From Eledone cirrhosa (Eukaryota): a stretch of 64,000 nucleotides of DNA. The first letter of the stretch is position 1. Each line of letters opens with the position of its first letter. The notes under the pieces are model-generated. The model was not told where the DNA came from, did no database searches, and saw only the letters and a program-made list of their open reading frames with translations. Position numbers and translations under genes: made by a program. The stretch covers positions 220,348,001-220,412,000 of the forward strand of contig OZ024740.1 of the NCBI GenBank assembly GCA_964016885.1, given 5' to 3'. Shown here in pieces: positions 12,523-26,767 of this stretch.

Positions 12523-13300
12523 GTGGGTATCTGTGTGTGTGTGTTTGTGAATGTGTGTGTGTATCTGTGTGTATCTGTGTGTGTGTGTTTGTGAATGTGT
12601 GTGTGTATCTGTGTGTGTGTGTGTTTGTGAATGTGTGTGTATCTGTGTGTGTGTGTGTTTGTGAATGTGTGTGTGTATCTGTGTGTGTGTGTTTGTGAAT
12701 GTGTGTGTGTATCTGGGTGTGTGTGTTTGTGAATGTGTGTGTGTATCTGTGTGTGTGTGTTTGTGAATGTGTGTGTGTATCTGTGTGTGTGTGTTTGTGA
12801 ATGTGTGTGTGTATCTGTGTGTGTGTGTTTGTGAATGTGTGTGTGTATCTGTGTGTTTGTGTGTTTGTGAATGTGTGTGTGTTTGTGAATGTGTGTGTGT
12901 GTTTGTGAATGTGTGTGTGTATCTGTGTGTGTGTGTTTGTGAATGTGTGTGTGTATCTGTGTGTGTGTGTTTGTGAATGTGTGTGTGTATCTGTGTGTGT
13001 GTGTTTGTGAATGTGTGTGTGTATCTGTGTGTGTGTGTTTGTGAATGTGTGTGTGTATATGTGTGTGTGTGTTTGTGAATGTGTGTGTGTATCTGTGTGT
13101 GTGTGTTTGTGAATGTGTGTGTGTATCTGTGTGTGTGTGTTTGTGAATGTGTGTGTGTATCTGTGTGTGTGTGTGTGTATGTGTATGTGTGTGGGTATCT
13201 GTGTGTGTGTGTTTGTGAATGTGTGTGTGTATCTGTGTGTGTGTGTTTGTGAATGTGTGTGTGTATCTGTGTGTGTGTGTATGTGTATGTGTGCATGTGT
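11178..13300. repeat. Complex (GT)n satellite with TTTGTGAAT / GTATCT punctuation
   Basis: Direct inspection. Confidence 0.95.
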
Positions 13301-13372
13301 CAGTATGTAGCTGTGTTGAAGTGTCAAATATACATGAAGTCAGATATATCTAAGGATTAATGATCCGGCTAA

Positions 13373-13865
<493 letters not shown>

Positions 13866-14114
13866 CTGTGCATGTGTATGTGTGTGTGTGCCTTATGTGT
13901 GACTATGAGTGTGTTTATGTGTATGTGAGAGTACTCGTGTATGTATGGTTGTGTGTGAGTGTGTCTGCGTGTGTGTCTATATATGTGTGTGTGTGTGTGT
14001 GTGTAAGTTACATTTGATGTATTACACACATGTGAATTCATATCCCTTATGGTTAGTCTTACAAAGTTGTGACACATCAGATTTATAGCAGAATGGGAAG
14101 ACTGCAGGTGTACA

Positions 14115-17100
14115 AATGTATGTGTGTATGTGTATATATATATATATATATATATGAATGTATATGTATGTATCATCATCATCATCATCATCATCATTTT
14201 ACGTCCACTTTTCCCTGCTTGCAAGGGTGGGACGGGAACTGATTCTGGCTTGATTTCTACAGCTAGATGCCCTTCCTAACACAAACCTCATATAGTGTAT
14301 ATGTATATATATGTATATATGTGTGTATGTATGTATGTGTGTATGTGTGTATATATATATATATGAATGTATATGTATGTATATATATATGTATATATGT
14401 GTGTATGTATGTATGTGTGTATGTGTGTATATATATATATATATATGAATGTATATGTATGTATATATATGTACATATGTGTGTATGTATGTATGTGTGT
14501 ATGTGTATATATATATATATATGAATGTATATGTATGTATATATATGTATATATGTGTGTATGTATGTATGTGTGTATATATATATATATATGAATGTAT
14601 ATGTATATATATGTATATATGTGTGTATGTATGTATGTGTGTATGTGTGTATATATATATATATATGAATGTATATGTATGTATATATATGTACATATGT
14701 GTGTATGTATGTATGTGTGTATGTGTGTATATATATATATATATATGAATGTATATGTATGTATATATATATATGTATATATGTGTGTATGTATGTATGT
14801 GTGTATGTGTGTATATATATATATATGAATGTATATGTATGTATATATATATGTATATATGTGTGTATGTATGTATGTGTGTATGTGTGTATATATATAT
14901 ATATGAATGTATATGTATGTATATATGGAAGACGATCGACTTTCGTCAAATCGGACCGAGGAAACAATGTTTCCGTTGGTCTTTCCAATTGCTAATACTA
15001 TCTATCGGTCGCAACTCCAGGTAGAAGGAGCAACGTGAAATAAAGTGTCTTGCTCAAGGACATAACGCATCGCCTGGTCCAGGAATCGAACTCACAACCT
15101 CACGATTGCGAATCCAATTCTCTAACCACTCAGCCACACGCCTTCACTATGTATGTATATATATGTATATATGTGTGTATGTGTGTATGTGTGTATGTGT
15201 GTATATATATATATATATATATGAATGTATATGTATGTATATATATGTATATATGTGTGTATGTATGTATGTGTGTATGTATATATATATATATATATGA
15301 ATGTATATGTATGTATATATATGTATATATGTGTGTATGTATGTATGTGTGTATGTGTATATATATATATATATATATATGAATGTATATGTATGTATAT
15401 ATATGTATATATATATGTGTGTATGTGTGTATATATATATATATATGAATGTATATGTATGTATATATATGTATATATGTGTGTACAAATGTATGTGTGT
15501 ATGTGTGTATATATATATATATGAATGTATATGTATGTATATATATGTATATATGTGTGTATGTATGTATGTGTGTATGTGTATATATATATATATATAT
15601 ATGAATGTATATGTATGTATATCATCATCATCATCATCATCATCATCACCGTTTTACGTCCGTTCTTCCACGCTAACATGGGTTAGACGGGTTGTCCTGT
15701 TGTGGGCAGTGTCTGGTCGGCTGGCCATGCCTTGCTCATACAGGAACTGATTTGGCTTGATTTCTACAGCTGGATGCCCTTCCTAACACCAACCTCATTT
15801 ACAGTGAGTGCTGGGTGCTTTTTCGTGGCGCCTACACGTCCACTTTACAGTGTGGGCTGGGTGCTTTTTTTCCATGTCGCCTACACGACCACCTTGCGGG
15901 GGGGGGGGGGGGGGGGGCATATTGTTTATATGCTTCAGCTTGTACCCATGGGAGGCCGGGTACTCTGTATTACTGCGTGACGCCAGAAGTCACGGTCGTG
16001 TATATATATGTATATATGTGTGTATGTGTGTATGTGTGTATGTGTGTATATATATGAATGTATATGCATGTATATATATGTATATATGTGTGTATGTATG
16101 TGTGTATGTGTGTATATATATATATATGAATGTATATGTATATATATGTATATATATGTGTATGTATGTATTTGTGTATGTGTGTATATATATATATATG
16201 AATGTATATGTATGTATATATATGTATATATGTGTGTATGTATGTGTGTATGTGTGTATATATATATATATATGAATGTATATGTATATATATGTATATA
16301 TGTGTGTATGTATGTATGTGTGCATGTGTGTATATAAATATATATGAATGTATATGTATGTATATATATGTATATATGTGTGTATGTGTGTATGTGTGTA
16401 TATATATATATATATATGAATGTATATGTATATATATGTATATATGTGTGTATGTATGTATGTGTGCATGTGTGTATATAAATACATATGAATGTATATG
16501 TATGTATATATATGTATATATATGTGTATGTATGTATGTGTGCATGTGTGTATATAAATATATATGAATGTATATGTATGTATATATATGTATATATGTG
16601 TGTATGTATGTGTGTATGTGTGTATATATATATATATATATGAATGTATATGTATATATATGTATATATGTGTGTATGTATGTATGTGTGCATGTGTGTA
16701 TATAAATACATATGAATGTATATGTATGTATATATATGTATATATATGTGTATGTATGTATTTGTGTATGTGTGTATATATATATATATATGAATGTATA
16801 TGTATGTATATATATGTATATATGTGTGTATGTATGTGTGTATGTGTGTATATATATATATATATGAATGTATATGTATATATATGTATATATGTGTGTA
16901 TGTATGTATGTGTGCATGTGTGTATATAAATATATATGAATGTATATGTATGTATATATATGTATATATGTGTGTATGTATGTATGTGTGTATGTGTGTA
17001 TATATATATGAATGTATATGTATATATATGTATATATGTGTGTAATGTATGTGTGTATGTGTGTATATATATGAATGTATATGTATATATATGTATATAT

Positions 17101-17488
17101 ATGTGTATGTATGTATGTGTGTATGTGTGTATATATATATATATGAATGTATATGTATGTATATGTATGTATATATATGTATATATGTGTGTATGTATGT
17201 ATGTGTGCATGTGTGTATATATATATATATGAATGTATATGTATATATATATGTATATATGTGTGTATGTATGTATGTGTGTATGTGTATATATATATAT
17301 ATGAATGTATATGTATGTATATATATGTATATATGTGTGTATGTATGTATGTGTGTATGTGTGTATATATATATGAATGTATATGTGTGTATGTATGTAT
17401 GTGTGTATGTGTGTATATATATATATATGAATGTATATGTATGTATATATATGTATATATGTGTGTATGTATGTATGTGTGTATGTGT

Positions 17489-17520
<32 letters not shown>

Positions 17521-18672
17521 GAATGTATATGTATATATATGTATATATGTGTGTATGTATGTATGTGTGTATGTGTGTATATATATATATATATGAATGT
17601 ATATGTATGTGTATATATGTATATATGTGTGTATGTATGTATGTGTGTATGTGTGTATATATATATATATGAATGTATATGTATGTATATATATGTATAT
17701 ATGTGTGTATGTATGTATGTGTGTATGTGTGTATATATATATATATGAATGTATATGTATGTATATATATGTATATATGTGTGTATGTGTGTATGTATGT
17801 GTGTATGTGTGTGTATATATATATATATGAATGTATATGTATATATATGTATATATGTGTGTATGTGTGTATGTGTGTATATATATATATATGAATGTAT
17901 ATGTATGTATATATATGTATATATGTGTGTATGTATGTATGTGTGTATGTGTGTATATATATATATGAATGTATATGTATGTATATATATGTATATATGT
18001 GTGTATGTGTGTATGTGTGTATATATATATATATATGAATGTATATGTATGTATATATATGTATATATGTGTGTATGTGTGTATGTGTGTATATATATAT
18101 ATATATGAATGTATATGTATATATATGTATATATATGTGTATGTATGTATTTGTGTATGTGTGTATATATATATATATGAATGTATATGTATGTATATAT
18201 ATGTATATATGTGTGTATGTATGTGTGTATGTGTGTATATATATATATATATATGAATGTATATGTATATATATGTATATATGTGTGTATGTATGTATGT
18301 GTGCATGTGTGTATATAAATATATATGAATGTATATGTATATATATATATATGTATATATGTGTGTATGTATGTATGTGTGTATGTGTGTATATATATAT
18401 GAATGTATATGTATATATATGTATATATGTGTGTAATGTATGTGTGTATGTGTGTATATATATGAATGTATATGTATATATATGTATATATATGTGTATG
18501 TATGTGTGTGTGTATGTGTGTATATATATATATATGAATGTATATGTATGTATATGTATGTATATATATGTATATATGTGTGTATGTATGTATGTGTGCA
18601 TGTGTGTATATATATATATATGAATGTATATGTATATATATATGTATATATGTGTGTATGTATGTATGTGTG

Positions 18673-18705
<33 letters not shown>

Positions 18706-19572
18706 GAATGTATATGTATGTATATATATGTATATATGTGTGTATGTATGTGTGTATGTGTGTATATATATATATGAATGTATATGTGTGTATGTATGTA
18801 TGTGTGTATGTGTATATATATATATATGAATGTATATGTATGTATATATATGTATATATGTGTGTATGTATGTATGTGTGTATGTGTGTATGTGTGTATA
18901 TATATATATATATATATGAATGTATATGTATGTATATATATGTATATATGTGTGTATGTATGTATGTGTGTATGTGTGTATATATATATGAATGTATATG
19001 TATGTATATATATGTATATATGTGTGTATGTATGTATGTGTGTATGTGTGTATATATATATATATGAATATATATGTATGTATATATATGTATATATGTG
19101 TGTATGTGTGTATGTATGTGTGTATGTGTGTATATATATATATATATGAATGTATATGTATGTATATATATGTATATGTGTGTATGTATGTATGTGTGTA
19201 TGTGTGTATATATATATATGAATGTATATGTATGTATATATATGTATATATGTGTGTATGTATGTATGTGTGTATGTGTGTATATATATATATGAATGTA
19301 TATGTATGTATATATATGTATATATGTGTGTATGTGTGTATGTGTGTATATATATATATATATGAATGTATATGTATGTATATATATGTATATATGTGTG
19401 TATGTGTGTATGTGTGTATATATATATATATATGAATGTATATGTATGTATATATATGTATATATGTGTGTATGTGTGTATGTGTGTATATATATATATA
19501 TATGAATGTATATGTATGTATATATCTGTATATATGTGTGTATGTATGTATGTGTGTATGTGTGTATATATG
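14115..19572. repeat. Large (TA/TG) compound satellite, ~70-80-bp unit starting GAATGTATATGTAT, interrupted by SINE pieces
   Basis: Direct inspection; source of the 888-1279 aa pseudo-ORFs. Confidence 0.95.
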
Positions 19573-20020
19573 TGGTATCTCAGGTTGCTCATGAGTGCTA
19601 CTGGTAACATGTAACCCAGTACAACCTATCACATGGTCGGGTCCTTGGTGACTAAACCAGCAAACCCACCAAGCTAGCTTGATGAGGAGGGTGATATTTG
19701 GACACACTGTGGGATGAAATACAAGACCCAGCAAAGGGCGGGGGAACTCAGCAGAGTCAACGGCCATCCAAATAGTAGTTTTTTTGTGGGGGGGGGGGGG
19801 GGGGGTCACCTGGGTGTGAAAGGCCCCCAGTTGTTGTCACAACACCTTTCTAGGAGAGGGAAACTTTGAAAAAAAACCTGTAGCTTCAGAAGCATCCGAT
19901 GATGTTGATCAGTTCTCCTTTTCGGGTAGTGTTTTCGATGCTCAGAGAGTGGGATTGGTCGAGTGCAAGGGCTTTCCTCTTTTAAAAATCCTTCAAAGCC
20001 CAGGCATTGCTTGTTCAGGA
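19573..20020 (+). mobile_element. Interspersed repeat resembling an RTE 5'UTR-derived non-autonomous element; second copy at 41170-41640
   Basis: Both copies share gagtcaa.ggccatccaaa, ttctaggaga.gg.aact, ccgatgatgttgatc, cagagagtgggattgg, caggcattgc. Confidence 0.55.
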
Positions 20021-20361
20021 TATGTTACAGGTTTGTGTGGTTGGCCATAGTCTAAAAGTGACCAAACTCTATAATCTGACAAGTGATTGCAATACTCTTA
20101 GCAGAGTTTGCAGCCATCATATATGTGTGTATGTATGTATGCATGTATGTATGTATACCACAATAAAGAGCACCCATTCCAGACTGTAACATGGTTAGCA
20201 TTAGGAATGGCATCCAGCTGTAGAAACCAAGCCAAAATACAGATCTGTATAAGCATAACATGATCTCCAGACCTGACTTATCTCATAATGCAACAACCCA
20301 TCTAACCCATGCAAACATAGAAAAATAGACATTAAATGATGATATATATATATATATATAT

Positions 20362-20814
20362 GACCTTAATGATTTTAGCTTTTAAAGAATCTCCCTTTTC
20401 TTTAATTCTATCGACCATGACTGACTCCCCACTGATCTTATAGACATCTGTTAGCTTAAGAGAAACTTAATGACAAGGAATGGTATGCCATCCGGAACCT
20501 GTTTATAGAATTCTGTCTGCCCTTGTTACTAAAAACATAAATAAATAAAAATAAACTATAGCTTTGTAGAATTAGCTTTTAATGAATTTTCAATCAACCA
20601 ATGACCTACACCCATCCCACTCCCCACCCTCTCCTACCACTTGTAGAGACCTATAAATACCATTTTTATTTTTTGATACCCAGATTCCTGATGATTTCTA
20701 AAGAATGAAACAGTTCTAGTCCTGTAGAATCTCATCTATATTAAAACTTTTATACTCTGCTATGTATTGAGTACCTTACTTACTGTGGTTACCTCCGATT
20801 CAACCCGGAATAAC

Positions 20815-20816
<2 letters not shown>
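20362..20816 (+). mobile_element. Probable Penelope pseudo-LTR/retrozyme-like remnant between two (TA)n tracts
   Basis: Contains the hammerhead at 20682 and a TATAAATA motif at ~20652; bounded by (TA)n like the PLE end at 61698. Confidence 0.5.
20682..20732 (+). ncRNA. Compact type I hammerhead ribozyme motif
   Basis: AGAUUC CUGAUGA U-UUC-UAAA-GAA-U GAA ACAG-uucuaguc-CUGU A^GAAUCU: 6-bp stem I, 4-bp stem III, GUA cleavage triplet; U.U at the base of stem II. Confidence 0.72.
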
Positions 20817-20855
<39 letters not shown>

Positions 20856-21339
20856 ATGTATGTAAATTAGTAGTGCCAAAAAAGCATCTAGTTCACCCTG
20901 TAAGATGGTAGTGCTGGTGCCAGGGGCTATGAAATAAACTCGATATACAAGCTGGTTGGTACTAGAAAGGGCATCCAACCCTAGAAAACTAAACCAAAAA
21001 CAGATTGTATGTGAATGACGTGGTCACCTGACTTGTCAACCCTCATAACATGACAACCCATCTAACCCATGCAAGCATAGAAAATAACTGTTAAATAGTG
21101 ATAATGATGATGATGATGGTGGTGGTGATGGCAATGGTGATGGCGATGATAATGATGGTAATGGTGATGGTGATGATGATGGTGATGATGATGATGGCAA
21201 TGATGATGATGATGAAAATAGGAACTCTTTAAAATGGATGGTTGCGTTTCATCAAACAAGAGGCAATTTGGGGAGAGTTGTTATCAAAAGGGTTCTTATG
21301 TGACATCATGACTATTTAACCTTTACTCTTCAACATATA

Positions 21340-21520
21340 ATTGTCTCTACTTCAGGCACAAGGCCAGCAATTACCCAGTGCATTACTGGTACTTTATTTT
21401 ATCGACCCCGTAAGAATGAAAGGCAAAGTAAACCTCGGCGGGATTTGAACTCAGACCGTAAAGGGACGTAACTATGCTGGAAAGCATGGCGTCCAACTCT
21501 CTACTGATACTGCCAAATGG
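21340..21520 (-). mobile_element. Nin/Deu-like SINE
   Basis: Reverse complement of the family consensus. Confidence 0.82.
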
Positions 21521-21574
21521 CTTCAGTACAGACTACCAGCTACAACTCATCATAGATGTGTTAACAAGGGGAAT

Positions 21575-22690
21575 ATCTATGAGGTAACTCAACCTGCAAC
21601 AAAATCCCTACCCTAAGAAACTAGACGTTACTGTGGTCACTCAACCTGCTAGGCATATCATCAAAATCCCTCCCTTAAGAAACTAGACACTACTGTGGTC
21701 ACTTAACCTGCTAGGCATATCATCAAAATCCCTCCCCTAAGAAACTAGACGTTACTGTGGTCACTCAACCTGCTAGACACAACAACAAAATCCCTACCCT
21801 AAGAAACTGGACCTTACTGTGGTCACTTAACCTGCTAGACACAACAACAAAATCCCTCCTCCCCTAAGAAACTAGACGTTACTGTGGTCACTCAACCTGC
21901 TAGACACAACAACAAAATCCCTCCCCTAAGAAACTGGACCTTACTGTGGTCACTCAACCTGCTAGACACAACAACAAAATCCCTCCTCCACTAAGAAACT
22001 GGACCTTACTGTGGTCACTCAACCTGCTAGACACAACAACAAAATCCCTCCTCCGCTAAGAAACTGGACCTTACTGTGGTCACTCAACCTGCTAGACACA
22101 ACAACAAAATCCCTCCTCCCCTAAGAAACTGGACCTTACTGTGGTCACTCAACCTGCTAGACACAACAACAAAATCCCTCCTCCCCTAAGAAACTGGACC
22201 TTACTGTGGTCACTTAACCTGCTAGACACAACAACAAAATCCCTCCTCCCCTAAGAAACTGGACCTTACTGTGGTCACTCAACCTGCTAGACACAACAAC
22301 AAAATCCCTCCTCCCCTAAGAAACTGGACCTTACTGTGGTCACTCAACCTGCTAGACACAACAACAAAATCCCTCCTCCCCTAAGAAACTGGACCTTACT
22401 GTGGTCACTCAACCTGCTAGACACAACAAAATCCCTCCTCCCCTAAGAAACTGGACCTTACTGTGGTCACTCAACCTGCTAGACACAACAACAAAATCCT
22501 TCCTCCCCTAAGAAACTGGACCTTACTGTGGTCACTCAACATGCTAGACACAACAACAAAATCCTTCCTCCCCTAAGAAACTGGACCTTACTGTGGTCAC
22601 TCAACATGCTAGACATAACAACACCCCACCACCCCACCACCCCACCCACTCAAAATAAAACTGGACCCTACTGTGGTTATTCAGCCAGGC
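21575..22690 (+). repeat. Minisatellite, 62-65-bp unit, about 18 copies
   Basis: Unit CTAAGAAACTGGACCTTACTGTGGTCACTCAACCTGCTAGACACAACAACAAAATCCCTC(CTC)CC; central copies nearly identical. Confidence 0.95.
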
Positions 22691-22732
22691 TTGGATGCTT
22701 GCAACAGAATAACCATGGTTAAAGACACCAAA

Positions 22733-23050
22733 GGCAGCGAAATAGCAAAGTCATTAGAATGTCAGATAGAATGCTTTGTTGTATACATTCTAGCTCTCTG
22801 CTCTCTGAGTTCAAATCCTGCAGGGGTCAACTTTGCCTTTCATCCATTTAAGATCGATAAAAAAAAAAGTACCAGTCTAGTACTGGGATCGATTTTTCCT
22901 CTATATCTCTTTCTTACTTTCTTTCTCACACTCTCTATTCTTCTCTGGAAAAAAACTGCTGTATTCAGACCCGGAGAGGAGATGGGCTCTGTCAGATTTT
23001 TTTAAATGCTCTAGAAACGCTATATGTCAATGCGGCACCTCTACAACTAC
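22733..23050 (+). mobile_element. SINE variant: Nin/Deu-like head plus a different 3' body; further copies at 42250-42555(-) and 43880-44180(-)
   Basis: Shared ctctggaa..ctgctgt.ttcagacc.ggagagg.gatggg body in three copies. Confidence 0.72.
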
Positions 23051-24485
23051 TAAGGGGTTACAAGACATATACATAAAGACACCAAAGAATCAGATACTGG
23101 TGTTAAACCAGGCAACAGTTTAAGTCTATCACATAAGAACACAGAACACGAAGTTCCAAGACAAATATTGCAAGGAATGTAACAAAAGGTTCTTACATAA
23201 AATTATGGTAGAAAGTTTTAATCTGTTGCCTAGTTTAACCCAACCACCTGGGCTTTGGATGCCCTTAGCAGAGTCCATTCTGTTGCAAGCATTTGGGTCA
23301 TGTCTCTGGTTTGAAGATACTTTTCTTCCTCTCTCCTTCCCTCCCATGAGTCTGGAAGAACTGAAAAAGAGTTAAATGCACTCCCCTTTTCCATCATATT
23401 GAAACAAAAATAAAAGTAAATATGAACACTTTGAAATTAGATGTTTTGTATTATAAAGCCATAGGCTTGATGTCAAAAAAATAACTTGTTAGAATTTTTT
23501 GTCTCTATTTCTATCATAAAATGATGTTTATATGGTGTAACAACAGTTTTGTGACTTCCTACATACCGATTTTGTAAGCACCTCTAACTTCTGATGGAGT
23601 TATAGTGGCACCATTGTGACATATGACATGTCTTGGGCACTTTTTAAACTTAGTAGAAACCACTCCTTCTCTAAGTTTGAACACATCTGATTTCTCCCAG
23701 AGAAGGAGAAAGAGGAAGTGAGAAAGCGATATACAGAAAGAATCGAACCACAGTATTAGACTGGTACTTTTTTATCAATCTTGAAAGGACAAAAGGCAAA
23801 GTTGACTTTGACAGGATTTCAACACAGAGCATAGAGAGCTGGAATAAATACCATAAGGCATTTAATCTGACACTCTAACAACTCTTCCAATTCACCACCA
23901 ATATTAGAAAGCAGAGTAAAATTAAATCATAGAAGTAATAGTAAAAAAGCAAAATACCAGAATATTTATAGGAAAACCTAGTTATCAATTCTCGAGTTAG
24001 CAGGCTATAACCTGAGCGAACTAAAATACAAACAATTTGGAAAACCAAGTTTCTTACCAAGTATTTTATTGCCAAAATGCTGGAAACCTTTTCTTTCTTT
24101 TTTTTTTATTGGAAATCACTCAAAACAGGAATTCGGCAGCCATTTGTAAAAACACCTCTTGCAAATCTTCTGTGTTGGACCTCTGTTAGTTTCAATGATG
24201 AATGTTCCAGTGGTATAAAAAACAGAAAGCCTGCTCATGAAATTAACATGAAAGTGGCTGAGCATTCCACAGACACGTGCACCCTTAATGTTATTGTCAG
24301 AGAGATTCAGTTTGACACAGTGTGTTTGCTTGCTGAGTGGAGAGGAGCAAAGTAAAATAAAGTGTCTTGCTCAAGGATGCAACACGTCACCAGGAATCAG
24401 AGCCATGACTTTACCAAATATTCTATATTCTAGCACAATAAATGAAAACTGAAAAATCACTGAAAATAATTAATACACATGACTG

Positions 24486-24522
<37 letters not shown>

Positions 24523-24637
24523 ATGGAATACTGTTAGCTTCTCGCTACAACAATTTCTATACTTTTCATTTATATATATATATATATATATATATATCAT
24601 CATCATCATCATCATCATCATCATATGTCTATATATA

Positions 24638-24689
<52 letters not shown>

Positions 24690-25265
24690 ACCCATGCTAG
24701 CAAAACGATGATGATGATGATGATGATGATGATATTGATATACATTGGGAGGGTCATGCTGTCAATAGAAACACACACACCTGTTGGTTTTCACTTCAAT
24801 TTATTATAAATTTCCAGTTGGTTAGTTTAATAAACAACCATCCAGTTGTCAAAGTAGCCAACTGGAAATTTATGATAAATTAAAGTGAAAACCAACAGCA
24901 TAACCCTATCAAAGTATAACAATATGTTACAATACACGTTTTCAAATAAGAATTCTTGCAAAACAAATACAAAAACGATATATATATATTTATATATAAC
25001 TGTTATATGTTATAAAACATAATTTTAATGTACAAAAATGTACAAATTTGGCATTAAGAAGGGCATCCAGTTGTAGAAACCAAACCAGAAACAGTTCTGT
25101 ATAGCCAAACATGATCATCTGATCTGACTTGACTCATAACAGAACAACTTGTCTAACTCCTGCTAGATTGGAAAAATGGATGTAAAGGGTGATGATGATG
25201 ATGATGATGATAAAATGCTGAAGGGAGGTATGACTAAAGCCTTGAGTCAGTCTGGCTAACTTATT

Positions 25266-25450
25266 GTTGGCAGTATTGATAGAGGTTCGGACACCATGCT
25301 TTGCGGCATAGAGTTACGACCCTTTACGGTCTGAGTTCAAATGCCGGCGAGGTTCACTTTGCTTTTCATCCTTACAGGATCAATAAAATAAAGTACCAGT
25401 AATGTACTGGAATAATTGCTGGCCTTGTGCCAAAAGTAGAAACAATTATT
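25266..25450 (+). mobile_element. Nin/Deu-like SINE
   Basis: Family consensus. Confidence 0.82.
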
Positions 25451-25531
25451 TAATATCGCCTTGAGTGAGACATAAACAAGAGAACAGTAACTCTGATTAA
25501 GTACTGACCAGGAACAGAGCTGGATTAACTA

Positions 25532-25780
25532 TTAACCTTTTAGCATTTACATTACTCTATATATATACTATTATATTTTCACAGTAAAAGCTTTACCTTA
25601 CATACTTATCTCTCATGATATCGAATCTATGAGATTTTGATGTTATTTATTTTGAGTACAATACCTTAACATCAGTATGAGCAACTAAATACAGCCAGTT
25701 TGAACAGAAAGAGGTGAGAGAATTCTGGCCGGATATGGCCAGTTTAAATGTTAAAGTGTTTAAATGCTAAAGTGTTTAAA
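25532..25780. mobile_element. piggyBac-type MITE, same family, single internal unit, degenerate right end
   Basis: TTAACCTTTTAGCATTTACATTACTCTA...; body matches 38930-39338. Confidence 0.75.
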
Positions 25781-26029
25781 TGCAAAATAAGAAATTGCTT
25801 TTTTATTTAAATTAAATATATTTGTCATTAAAATAAAATGTTTTTTACAGCTTTTATACAAGGAAGGGTGGGGGGACTATAAACTTTTAAGTGTTTAAAG
25901 CTTCAAAAGGACTTCATCTGGTGGTGATCAGAAGGTAAGTAACTCAGATGAAATACTAACTTGGTTCATAACAACACTTTCAAGCCATGCAAGCAGGGAA
26001 AACAAACGTAAAATTATGATGATAATGAT

Positions 26030-26322
26030 GATGTGTGTGGTTTTGTGAGTGTATGTGTGTGTATGATCATGTATGCTTGTGTATGCCCCTGTGTGTGTGC
26101 CCCTGTGTGTGTGTGTGTGTGCGTGCCTCTGTGTATATGTGTATCAGTGTGTGTGTGTGTGCGTGCCTCTGTGTGTTTGTGTGCCTCTGTGTGTGTGTGT
26201 GCCTCTGTGTATATGTGTATCAGTGTGTGTGTGTGCGTGCCTCTGTGTGTTTGTGTGCCTCTGTGTATATATGCCTCAGTGTGCATATGCATCTGTGTGT
26301 GTGTGTGGGGGGGGGGGGGGGG
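26030..26322. repeat. (GT)n-based repeat with GTGCCTCT punctuation and poly-G
   Basis: Direct inspection. Confidence 0.9.
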
Positions 26323-26481
26323 TTCTGTCTATCTATTACACCTTAAGAGCTAAGGTTATAATGTGAACATACTGAAGAATAATATGCAGGATTAATTTGT
26401 CTCTGTTCCTCTGTCCACCTTTACTGTAGTGACACTGACACAACATCTCCACCTTCTAGCGCCAATTACTTAGACTCTGTC

Positions 26482-26526
<45 letters not shown>

Positions 26527-26767
26527 TTTTCTTTATTAACCACAAGGGTTTACATAAAGTAGACATTAAGGACAATACAGGACAATACAGGACGGTACAA
26601 ATGGGCATTTCTGCGTGTAAAAAACAGAGGATGAAATAAAATAACAAAGAAAAATTCCCCAATAGGGGGGAGACTTCCGAGGGACATTTGTGGAGAAAGC
26701 CCATTAAAAGACCACAGTGACCCTGACCACCAGGGCAAGTGCCCTCTCCCAGTTTTCCACCCTTAAT

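Noticed and set aside
11879-13327. 461-482 aa His/Thr ORFs
   Set aside because: (CA)n satellite translation.
15935-19809. 888-1279 aa ORFs rich in Y/I/H/T
   Set aside because: Translations of a TA/TG satellite open in all three minus-strand frames; no protein-like complexity.
21575-22690. CRISPR-like periodicity (also 42770-43580)
   Set aside because: No unique spacers: whole units are homologous; eukaryotic context with no cas genes.
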